From Candidatus Eiseniibacteriota bacterium (GTDB taxonomy: Bacteria > Eisenbacteria > RBG-16-71-46 > CAVPCR01): a stretch of 64,000 nucleotides of DNA. The translations under genes and the position numbers were made by a program. A model generated the notes under the pieces. It worked only from the letters and a program-made list of their open reading frames with translations, did no database searches and had not been told where the DNA came from. The stretch is taken from contig CAWGMA010000001.1 in NCBI GenBank assembly GCA_963823555.1, forward strand, positions 1,408,001 through 1,472,000. The letters are read 5' to 3'. Numbering within the stretch: the first letter of the stretch is position 1; each line of letters starts with the position of its first letter. Shown here one piece after another: positions 51,543 through 60,017 of the stretch.

Positions 51543-52582
51543 AGATCAGGACAAACACGCCAGAACTCGTGGAGCGAGCTTGCGAGCGACTCAGCCGATG
51601 GATCGACATTCCATCCATATCCGGTCACGAAGAGGACTATGCGCGGTCCGTTGGCGACACCCTGGCTCGCCTCGGTTTCGAGGTCGAGCTGCGCCCGGTG
51701 GCTCCCGGAAGGCCGAACGTGCTCGCGCGGCGCGGTAGCGGCCGCATTCTCCTCTGCACCCATCTCGATACCGTGCCTCCGCATTTCCCGGCGCACCGGG
51801 AAGCGGACCGGATCACCGGCCGCGGGGCATGCGACGCGAAGGGGATCCTCACCTGCATGGTAGCCGCCGCCGAGCAGCTGGTGGCGGCCGGTGCCGGTGA
51901 CCTCACCTTCCTCCTCGTGGTCGGCGAAGAGGTTGATCACGCCGGGGCGAAGGCGGCGGGCGCGTACGATCTCCGCGCCGACGTCGTGTTGCTCGGCGAG
52001 CCGAGCGAATGCGTCCTCATGCGGGCCCAGAAGGGCATTCTCAAGATCCGGCTCTCGGCCCGGGGCCGGGCCGCGCATTCCGGATATCCCGAGCAGGGGG
52101 AATCAGCGATCGACAAGCTGCTTCGCGTTCTGGATCGCCTCGATGCGCTCCCCCTTGGTCAGGATCGCGTCCTCGGATCCGGGCTCAAGAACGTGGGACT
52201 CATCCACGGGGGTGTGGCGGCGAACGTGGTGGCTCCGGCGGCCGAGGCGGAGCTCATGTTCCGCACCGTCGGTCCTGGAGCCGATCTCGTGGCCGAGATC
52301 GAGAGGCTCGCTGCGGGTGACGTCGCAATCGAGGTGGCGGCCCTCACCGATCCGGTGCGGTTGCACGTGCTCGAGGGCTACCCGACGGGGACAGCTGGTT
52401 TCGGGACGGACGCCCCCTACCTCGCCGGCATCGGTCCGGTGGTGCTTGCCGGTCCAGGGTCGATCCTCGATGCGCACACCGCCGACGAGCACTTGACGCT
52501 CGCTCAGGTGGAAGCCGGGATCGCGCTCTACAGAGGCCTCGTCGAGCGGGTGCTGGCCGGAGAACAGGTTCTCCCCGCCTGA
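51539..52582 (+). CDS. M20-family metallohydrolase (ArgE/DapE-like)
   Basis: HLDTVP, GRGACDAKG, GEEVD, GEP, AHTADE. Confidence 0.9.
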   Translation: MKIRTNTPELVERACERLSRWIDIPSISGHEEDYARSVGDTLARLGFEVELRPVAPGRPNVLARRGSGRILLCTHLDTVPPHFPAHREADRITGRGACDAKGILTCMVAAAEQLVAAGAGDLTFLLVVGEEVDHAGAKAAGAYDLRADVVLLGEPSECVLMRAQKGILKIRLSARGRAAHSGYPEQGESAIDKLLRVLDRLDALPLGQDRVLGSGLKNVGLIHGGVAANVVAPAAEAELMFRTVGPGADLVAEIERLAAGDVAIEVAALTDPVRLHVLEGYPTGTAGFGTDAPYLAGIGPVVLAGPGSILDAHTADEHLTLAQVEAGIALYRGLVERVLAGEQVLPA

Positions 52583-52592
52583 CGAGCGAGGA

Positions 52593-53528
52593 TCAGGGTG
52601 GCCCTGCCGTGTCATCGGTGGCATCCATCTCGCGATCGGCTTCGTCCCATGCGCGAAGACGCCGCTTGAGCCGCCGGCGCCTGAGGATGAAGGCGATGAA
52701 CGTGATGGCCGCGGCGATCAGGAACGGGGACAAGCTCCGGCGCAGAACAGCGATGAAGATCCCATGCGGGGCCCGCGCTTTCGCGAGCTCTCCCTCGAGC
52801 CCGGCGGTCGACAGTCCGGTGACCGCGTCCAGGGCCATGTCGAACGGGACCCCGCGCCCGAGCGCCGCTCCGATGGCCGCGATCGTGCCCGGACCGTGCC
52901 GGGTCTCGAGATACTCGACGGCAAGCTGGCTCTTCACATAAGCGAGCCGCATCGCGGCGATATCCTCGGGAAATCCAAAGGCCAATCGCTCGAGGGTGAG
53001 ATCGGGAGCGACGGCGGTGGTGGCGAAGTCGAGCGCACCGAGTTCCGTCATACCGCCGGCAAACCAGCTGGCCACTCCCTCCTCGAACCAGCGTGGCAGC
53101 GGGGCGGCCACGGGCTCGGCAACGCCAAGGGCCAGATGAGCGAGCTCATGGCGCAACACCCCCTCGGGAGCACGGCCGATCCCGGGGGCCAGGAGCGGGG
53201 CGTTGAGCGCAACGATGCCACGCCCGGTGAGAGCGACGCCGAGGAGCGAGCCGGAACGGGTGCGCCCTGCGTAGCGCGCAAAGCTCTCGGCATTGCCGCA
53301 TATGACCACCTTCACCGACCGCGGGAGCCCGAGCCCCACGCGTAGCGGGAGCTCCCCTGCCGCCACCTCGGCGGCGGTGGTGAGATCGGGCGCGAGCCCG
53401 CTCGGGCGGCCGATCTCGACGAGCTCGATGGTCCCGCCCGGATGGCCCACGATGACGGGCGATCCGTGCCGCGAAGGGGCGCTCCCCTCCTGTGCGCCGA
53501 TTGCCCCAGCGCCGAGCATCAGGACCAT
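52593..53528 (-). CDS. membrane-anchored gluzincin (peptidase MA-like) metallopeptidase
   Basis: LRHELAH...PRWFEEGVA, C-terminal TM followed by an Arg run. Start uncertain. Confidence 0.8.
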   Translation of the reverse strand: MVLMLGAGAIGAQEGSAPSRHGSPVIVGHPGGTIELVEIGRPSGLAPDLTTAAEVAAGELPLRVGLGLPRSVKVVICGNAESFARYAGRTRSGSLLGVALTGRGIVALNAPLLAPGIGRAPEGVLRHELAHLALGVAEPVAAPLPRWFEEGVASWFAGGMTELGALDFATTAVAPDLTLERLAFGFPEDIAAMRLAYVKSQLAVEYLETRHGPGTIAAIGAALGRGVPFDMALDAVTGLSTAGLEGELAKARAPHGIFIAVLRRSLSPFLIAAAITFIAFILRRRRLKRRLRAWDEADREMDATDDTAGPP

Positions 53529-53642
53529 AGCCAGCGCGACCAGGCCCGTGCTGCTGCCCCTCAAGAGCGAGCCCCGGAGCTTGTGCCAGGGTGTCTCAAG
53601 ATGAGATAATTCTCGACGACGTACTCCTTTGGCCACGCCCCG

Positions 53643-55748
53643 ATGGTTGCATCCAAGATCCGACACCTTGCTCTGACCTTCGCCCTCGTCTCGGCGGCTG
53701 CCCTGGCCCCGTGCCCCATGGCCGGCGGCGATCCGGCGCTTGGGCACCAGCCGGTACGCCTCGTCGCCGTCGACCTCCGAGAGCCAGGAGATCTTCTCAC
53801 GATCACCGAGCTCGGAGCGGACATCCTGGCCCGTGACTCACCGACTCGAGTGCGCGTGGCCGCCACGGATCAGGAGATCGCAGCCCTCCAATCCAGCCAT
53901 TTCTGCCTCTCGATTATCGAGCCCGATGTCGAACTCGCAGCCAGACGCCGGCTCGGGGCCGGACACGAGATCTACCACACATTCGATGAAGTGGTGGCGG
54001 AGCTTCACGAGCTGCACGCCCGTCATCCGGACCTGGTCGGCGCGCCACTCGTGATCGGCTCGAGCTGGGAGGGACGTCCGCTCCTGGCCGTCAAGATCTC
54101 CGATCATCCGGAGCGCGACGAGAACGAACCGCGAGTGCTCTTCGATGCGCTCCACCATGCCCGCGAACCGGCCGGGATGGAGACGATCCTCCATGCCATG
54201 AAGCACATCGCGGAGAACGCCGGGCGAGATCCGGATCTGCGCGCGCTGGTGGAGGAACGGGAACTCTGGTTCGTCCCGGTCGTGAATCCCGACGGCTATG
54301 TCTTCGGTGGCGTGGGCGGGCTGTGGCGCAAGAACCGGCGGGCCAACGCGGATGGCTCCTTCGGTGTGGATCTGAATCGCAACTACGGGCACGCCTGGGG
54401 GGCTGATGACGTGGGGTCGAGCCCGGTGCCGGCAAGTCCAATCTACCGCGGGCCGGCGCCTTTCTCCGAGCCCGAGACGGCGGCCATGCGCGATTTCGTC
54501 CTCGGCCGGCGCTTCGCCGCGGGCATGACGATCCATACCTTCGGCGACTTGAATCTCTTGCCGAATGAATCGGCGATGCGTACGCCGGCTGTCCTCGCGC
54601 GGCATGAGGACGTGGCCCACGATCTCGAAGCGTTGACGGGCTATCCCCACGGTCGGGCCCGGGACGTCCTCTATCGATCCAATGGTCGGACACAGGACTG
54701 GCTGGTTGCCGCCACGGGCATGGTGGTGATCGAGCCGGAGATCGGCAGCCCCAGTGACGGATTCTGGCCTGCGCCCAAGCGCCTTCTCGAGCTGGCTGAG
54801 AGGAATCTGCCGGGGATGCTCCATCTCGCGCGCATTGCTGGTCCCCACCTCGTGACCGATGGCTACACCGTTGACGACGGGGCGTCCCGTGATGCCAACG
54901 GGGCAGCAGATCCCGGGGAAACCATCGTCCTCCGGCTCGCGCTACGCAACATCGGTCTGGCTCCGGCGCGTGATGTCACGGTCATGGTGAGCGCGGAGAC
55001 GCCGCTCATCACGGTCCTTGCCGGTCGGGCGGAGATCGTCGAGATACCGGCCGGTGCCGTGCGCGAGATCCCGGATGCCACGCTCCGGATCCGCGTTGCT
55101 CCCGACGCCCGGCGGGGAGAACCGATTCCGCTCTCGGTCGTGGCCAAGGGCCGGGGAACGGCCTCTCCGGCCATGACTCTGGAGATCACTCCGGGAACGC
55201 CTGATCTCCTCTTCGCCGACGACGCCGAGGGAGGTCTCGATCGCTGGATCGCCGTTCGTGGTTGGGGTGTCGTCACGACATCTGATGGCGGCGGCGCCTT
55301 CAGCGACAGCCCGGATGGTCCCTACCGCGCTCATGCCAATTCGATGCTGACCCTGCGCAGCCCCCTGGATCTGCGCGGGGTTGCACAGCCGCGCCTCGCC
55401 TACATGGAGCGGTTCGCCGCGGAGCCGTGGCAGGACCGCTGCCTGGTGGAGGCATGGACTCCCCGACTGGGCTGGCAGACCTTGATCGCGGTCCCTGGCG
55501 GTGTCGAGTCCCGATTCCGCCAGCGCGAGGTTTCGCTCGGCGGGCTGGCCGGCGAGCCCGAAGTGCGGCTCCGTTTCCGCCTCCTGGCGAACCAGGAGCG
55601 CGAGGCTGACGGCTGGACCATCGATGACATTAGGATCTGGGGCTACCGGACCCTGGATGCCCCGATCTTCGCGGCCAGTGCGGCTGGGTCGTCCTCGCGC
55701 GGGAGCGAGGGGACGGGCAGCGCGGGGGCGGCGAGCACGGTGGAGTGA
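53643..55748 (+). CDS. secreted M14 zinc carboxypeptidase (CPT-like) with C-terminal beta domains
   Basis: HHAREP, NPDGY, WRKNRR, GVDLNRN, FSEPET, TIHTF, EPEIG. Confidence 0.92.
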   Translation: MVASKIRHLALTFALVSAAALAPCPMAGGDPALGHQPVRLVAVDLREPGDLLTITELGADILARDSPTRVRVAATDQEIAALQSSHFCLSIIEPDVELAARRRLGAGHEIYHTFDEVVAELHELHARHPDLVGAPLVIGSSWEGRPLLAVKISDHPERDENEPRVLFDALHHAREPAGMETILHAMKHIAENAGRDPDLRALVEERELWFVPVVNPDGYVFGGVGGLWRKNRRANADGSFGVDLNRNYGHAWGADDVGSSPVPASPIYRGPAPFSEPETAAMRDFVLGRRFAAGMTIHTFGDLNLLPNESAMRTPAVLARHEDVAHDLEALTGYPHGRARDVLYRSNGRTQDWLVAATGMVVIEPEIGSPSDGFWPAPKRLLELAERNLPGMLHLARIAGPHLVTDGYTVDDGASRDANGAADPGETIVLRLALRNIGLAPARDVTVMVSAETPLITVLAGRAEIVEIPAGAVREIPDATLRIRVAPDARRGEPIPLSVVAKGRGTASPAMTLEITPGTPDLLFADDAEGGLDRWIAVRGWGVVTTSDGGGAFSDSPDGPYRAHANSMLTLRSPLDLRGVAQPRLAYMERFAAEPWQDRCLVEAWTPRLGWQTLIAVPGGVESRFRQREVSLGGLAGEPEVRLRFRLLANQEREADGWTIDDIRIWGYRTLDAPIFAASAAGSSSRGSEGTGSAGAASTVE

Positions 55749-55791
55749 GAGGCCGGGGCCGCCGCCCACGGGGAGCCCTGTTCCAGCGCAA

Positions 55792-55990
55792 GCAAAAGAC
55801 CCAGAAGCACTTGCGGCGTACCGCCCCCGGCGGACCACCCGGGGACTTCTGGGTCCGGTGTCCTGTCTTGAATTTCGCAGACGACCGCCTGCGAAGGTCA
55901 ACCTTCGAGAACAGGCGTCAGCGAGCAGGCACCTCGCTGGTCTCCGATTTAGGTAAATTCATTCTTTGGACCACCTCCTTTCCGCGTGCC
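55792..55990 (-). ncRNA. candidate structured small RNA carrying a mini-ORF
   Basis: Extended SD, 14-codon ORF, several perfect stems, terminal 10-bp stem plus TTTT. See findings. Confidence 0.55.
55918..55962 (-). CDS. putative 14-aa peptide MNLPKSETSEVPAR
   Basis: ATG preceded by GAAAGGAGGTGGTCC. The stop codon overlaps the 3' arm of the cagcgag/ctcgctg hairpin. Confidence 0.45.
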   Translation of the reverse strand: MNLPKSETSEVPAR

Positions 55991-56049
55991 GTGATTGAGC
56001 CATGGAGCCCGTATCCCGTCAAGCCCAAGATTCAGGCCGCGGCGCGGAT

Positions 56050-56778
56050 CTAGCGGGAGGGCGGCAGCGCGGCAGCTTCGTCCTCCACCTGGAAGCGGTA
56101 GCCCACCTTGTGCACGGTCTGGATGTAGCGGCCCCGGGAGGACTCCCCTTCGAGCTTCTTTCGCAGCTTGGCGATGTGTGTGTCCACGGTGCGGGTGTTG
56201 GGAAGCATGTCCTCATTGTAGCCCCAGACCTGGTCGAGAAGCTCCTCGCGCGAGACGATCTGCCCCTGCCTGCGAACGAAGAGCCTCATGATCTCGAACT
56301 CCTTGTAGGAAAGCGGCACCGCTTGGCCGGCGCGCGTCACGGTCCGGCGTTCGAAGTCGATGTGGACGTCGCCGAACCGGAAACGAGAAGGGACCTGAGT
56401 TTCCGTGCGCCCGCTGGCACGCCGCAGAACGGCCTCGATCCGGGCCAGGAGTTCGCGCACCGAGAACGGCTTCGTCACATAGTCGTCGGCACCGAGTTCA
56501 AGGCCGGCGACCTTGTCCGCTTCCTGGCCCCGCGCGGTCAAGATGACGACCGGGGTGCTGACGCCGTCCTGGCGCAGTCGCTTGAGGATCTCGAGCCCGC
56601 CGAGGCCCGGGAGCATGAGGTCGAGGACGATGAGATCCGGGGCCGTGTTCTTGCCGGCAGCTAGCCCGGCGTATCCGTCCGCCGCGATCTCAACCTCGTG
56701 GCCCTCGTACTCGAGGTTGTAGCGGAGCCCCTCCTGCATGGCCGGCTCGTCCTCGATGATCAGGATACGCGGCATCAT
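56050..56778 (-). CDS. OmpR/PhoB-family response regulator
   Basis: IIEDE, LDLMLP, LTAR, GADDYVTKPF, winged helix RTVDTHIAKLRKKL. Confidence 0.95.
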   Translation of the reverse strand: MMPRILIIEDEPAMQEGLRYNLEYEGHEVEIAADGYAGLAAGKNTAPDLIVLDLMLPGLGGLEILKRLRQDGVSTPVVILTARGQEADKVAGLELGADDYVTKPFSVRELLARIEAVLRRASGRTETQVPSRFRFGDVHIDFERRTVTRAGQAVPLSYKEFEIMRLFVRRQGQIVSREELLDQVWGYNEDMLPNTRTVDTHIAKLRKKLEGESSRGRYIQTVHKVGYRFQVEDEAAALPPSR

Positions 56779-58436
56779 CTTCCTCCATGGATCTCGGTCA
56801 CGGGCGGCAGATCGCTGGCCTGCGGGGACGAGGGCGCTGCGAGCGGCAGCTCGATCGCGAAGGTCGAGCCCTCGTCGGGTTTCGATTTCACCTGCACCCG
56901 CCCGCCGTGTGCCTCGGCAATGTGCTTGACCAAGGTGAGCCCCAGCCCCGAGCCCTTGACACCCTGGACCATGCCGCCCTCCACGCGGTAGAAGAGCTCG
57001 AAGATATGCTCCTGCTCGGTCGCCGGTATGCCGATCCCGTGATCGCGAACGGAGAGCACGGCATGACGTCCGTGGCGGCGCAGTGACACGGCGATGTCCG
57101 TGGCTCCGTTCGAGTACTTGACCGCGTTGTCGAGCAGATTGAGCAGGGCGCGGGTGATGGCCTCGGGATCAACACGGGCCGTGAGCGGGCCGGGATCGAC
57201 ATGACGATCGATCACGAAGCCACCGGTATCGAACTGGTAACGATAGGCGTCCAGGGTGTCGGTCACGATCTTCACGAGGTCGGCTTCGGCGAAATTGTAG
57301 GTCTTTCTTCCGGCATCAAGACGGGCGATGTCGAGGACATTGTTGATGAGATGGGTCAGCCGCTGGGCCTCGCGTGAGATCACCTGCAGGAACTCCCGAG
57401 CCCGCGATTCATCACGCACGCGACCCATCTCCAATGTCTCGGCATAGAGACGGATGAGTGCGATTGGCGTCTTGAGTTCGTGCGACACGCTGGAAACAAA
57501 GCGGGAAGAGCGCTCGGCCGCCTCGAGCTCGCGATTGATCCAGCGCAGGAGAAAGACCCCTCCGAGGAGAATGATGCCGAGCATCCCACCGATCAAGGCG
57601 AGGTGAGTCGTCCGGACCGACCGCACCCAGGCCTTGTACTCCCGGTCTTCGAGCTGGATGCCAACCCGCCAGAAGGGAAGGAAGCGACTGAAGGGCTGAG
57701 CAGCAATGAGATCGGCTCCGGGTTGAGACCGCGTAGCGAAAGCGATCTCGCCGGCCTCGTCGACGAGGCACACAGCCACGTGATCCCGGAGATAGCCGGC
57801 GCGGAACACGGATTTGTCCTCGCTGGGGCCTCGAGCTAGCAGCGCGGGCAGGACGGTATGCTTCATGTATCCGAGGTCCCAGATCAGGACCACGGCACCG
57901 AGCAGTTCACCGGCCCAGGAGTGAAGCGTGAAATAGGTGACCTGGAAGGGCTCGCCGCGATCCTCTCCGGCCAGATGATGCAAAGGCGCGGGGCCCAGGC
58001 CATCGCTGACGAGGACCGCGTGCACCTGCGGCAGGGACCGCAGAACGGGGGCGGCGGAGCGCTCCTCCCAGGTGGCCGTCGCCGGGAAGATGATCATGGA
58101 GTCAGGCTGCACGCAGTAGACGAACCGGTAGGCCGGGAGGGTGGAGAGTTCGGCCAGGAGGCCAGGTACGGCCGGGACATCTTCCGGTGGATTGGCGCGG
58201 ATGGCGACCATCAACCGCTGTTCTTCGCTCCACAGCTCGTGCTCGGTGTCATCGAGGGTGAGCACCGCCAGATACTCCCCGTAATCACTCCAGCTGCGCC
58301 TACCCAGGGAGTCGAATTGTCCGAGCAAGGAAAGCGCGAGGGCGCTGAGAACGAAGGCCGGCAGCAGCAGCACCCCGACCATGAGCAAGATGATCGGGCG
58401 CCGCCGTGGTGAGCGCAAGAGAGGGAGGTCCAGCAT
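56775..58436 (-). CDS. membrane sensor histidine kinase
   Basis: Two TMs, SHELKTP, NLLDNAVKYS, DHGIGI, GSGLGL. Start uncertain (58436-58490). Confidence 0.93.
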   Translation of the reverse strand: MLDLPLLRSPRRRPIILLMVGVLLLPAFVLSALALSLLGQFDSLGRRSWSDYGEYLAVLTLDDTEHELWSEEQRLMVAIRANPPEDVPAVPGLLAELSTLPAYRFVYCVQPDSMIIFPATATWEERSAAPVLRSLPQVHAVLVSDGLGPAPLHHLAGEDRGEPFQVTYFTLHSWAGELLGAVVLIWDLGYMKHTVLPALLARGPSEDKSVFRAGYLRDHVAVCLVDEAGEIAFATRSQPGADLIAAQPFSRFLPFWRVGIQLEDREYKAWVRSVRTTHLALIGGMLGIILLGGVFLLRWINRELEAAERSSRFVSSVSHELKTPIALIRLYAETLEMGRVRDESRAREFLQVISREAQRLTHLINNVLDIARLDAGRKTYNFAEADLVKIVTDTLDAYRYQFDTGGFVIDRHVDPGPLTARVDPEAITRALLNLLDNAVKYSNGATDIAVSLRRHGRHAVLSVRDHGIGIPATEQEHIFELFYRVEGGMVQGVKGSGLGLTLVKHIAEAHGGRVQVKSKPDEGSTFAIELPLAAPSSPQASDLPPVTEIHGGR

Positions 58437-58683
58437 GGGCGATCCGCTTGGCCTCCTTCCCGACCTGGGCATGGGAGGCACGCTCCCCATTATCCCACAG
58501 GATCACGGGCCGGCCGCTCCCGGCGCTCGGCCGGGAACAGGACGGCAAACGAGAAGGGAGGGAGAGAATAACTCTCTCCCTCCCATCAGCTTGCGACGAC
58601 GCCACTGCCCGCCCGGAGACTACCGATCGCCCCCCTTTGACCGGCCGGACGGCACCCGGGCGCCGCCGCGCTATGGGGGATCC

Positions 58684-59193
58684 TCAGGATCCCCGCACAT
58701 CCTTGTCCTTCGTTTCCTTCGAGGCTAGCTCGTGCAGGGCTCGAACGAGACCTGGGTCATCCGAGGTGATGATGGTGAACACGCCGTGTACCGAGTTGGA
58801 GACCTCGAATCGTGCCCCTTTGATCTGTAGCAGGAGATCCTGGCAAGTCGCGCAGGTCCTGACCTGCTCCGAGTTCTTCCAGTACTGCTCCCGTAGCCTC
58901 TGTTTCTCGAAGGTGTACTTCTGGATCTCGACCACCGTCTCTGGATGCTCGCAGCGCAGGTGAATGACCACCCCATTGGGTAGGGCACCCACCTCTCGCG
59001 TCGCTCGGTGGAGTGCCGCCGAGTACTGCGCATAGGCGGCGCAGAACACGCATCCCGCTCTGTCGGGAGCCGCCTGCTCGCTGCCGCCTCTTCCCTGCTG
59101 AGCGCCTGCTCTTGTGAAGGCCGGAGCCGCCACGAGGGCTGCGATGGTCAGAGAAGCTGCAAGCGTCCGTAACGGAGCCGTCGATCCTTTCAT
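58684..59193 (-). CDS. secreted hypothetical protein with two CxxC motifs
   Basis: Signal peptide, CVFC and CATC, duplicated beta-alpha unit. Confidence 0.7.
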   Translation of the reverse strand: MKGSTAPLRTLAASLTIAALVAAPAFTRAGAQQGRGGSEQAAPDRAGCVFCAAYAQYSAALHRATREVGALPNGVVIHLRCEHPETVVEIQKYTFEKQRLREQYWKNSEQVRTCATCQDLLLQIKGARFEVSNSVHGVFTIITSDDPGLVRALHELASKETKDKDVRGS

Positions 59194-59747
59194 CTGTCGC
59201 ACCTGGCTGGTCTGACCTCGCTGGAACCTGGCCACCGGGGTGGTTCCCAGCCGCCTTTCGATCGACAACCTAATCTACCCCCCAAGGCACAGCCGTGTTG
59301 TCACCCGGAGGTCAACCCCCTGCAAACTATTTGTGAAGGCGAGGACGCGCCGCAGGAGGGCAAAACAGGAGGCTCCGGCCTCCCTGCCCGCGCAGCCTGC
59401 AAGCCGCCGGGCAAGTCCCTTGCGCCCAGAATGATCCAGTTCGGGCGCCATCGAGCTCACGGCCCGCCGTCCTGACCCGATCAGCCGCCTGGGCACGATC
59501 CCATCCGGGGCAGGGGCTTCACCTGGCCCCTGCCCACGGGCTGGCGGGAGCGATTTTCGTGCCCAATGGCAGCACCGGGATGGACGGGAACGGACTGTGC
59601 TAGTACAGGGTACAAGAAAGTGTGCTGGCTCTGGCGATGGCGGTTGCCAGCGGGTGGAGTATGGCCACTGGGTCGATTCCCCCGGCAGCTCCCACGAAGT
59701 CGCCAGGGGAATCGGGCCGGCAACCCAAAAGAAGGGGTGTGGTTGCG

Positions 59748-59942
59748 ATGCGAGTCAAGGTGGTCGATCAGAGGTCCTTCGAGAAGGCGCTCCGTCGGTT
59801 CAAGCGCGAGTGCATTCGCGAGGGCATCATCGCCGACATGCGCAAGAACGAGTTCTACGACAAGCCGAGCGTGAGGCGCCGCCGCAAGGAGAACCGTGCT
59901 CGTCGGCGCCGCCTCCGCCTGACCGAGGGCCAGGGCGATTGA
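59748..59942 (+). CDS. rpsU: 30S ribosomal protein S21
   Basis: FEKALRRFKR....GII.DMRK.EFYDKPS..RRRK. Confidence 0.93.
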   Translation: MRVKVVDQRSFEKALRRFKRECIREGIIADMRKNEFYDKPSVRRRRKENRARRRRLRLTEGQGD

Positions 59943-59982
59943 TCACTCCCGGTTGCGCTTGACCCGTGACCGACGGCATCAG

Positions 59983-60017
59983 CGCCCGCTTCGCATCATT
60001 GCGGGGCGGGCGATTTT
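59983..60017 (+). terminator. intrinsic terminator after rpsU
   Basis: cgcccgcttcgca-tcat-tgcggggcgggcg followed by ATTTT. Confidence 0.6.

Noticed and set aside
55968..55982. Plus-strand GGACCACCTCCTTTC resembles the 3' end of 16S rRNA
   Set aside because: The flanking sequence has no helix 44/45 similarity, so this is not an rRNA gene or remnant. It is interpreted as a minus-strand extended SD.
55792..55990. tmRNA, 6S, SRP or RNase P identity for the structured element
   Set aside because: No tRNA-like acceptor/T-arm or Ala-Ala-ending tag, no long 6S-like rod, and no SRP or RNase P conserved motifs that I could recognise.
59622..59747. N-terminal extension of S21 in the ORF track
   Set aside because: S21 homology begins at ATG 59748, which has its own SD-like sequence.
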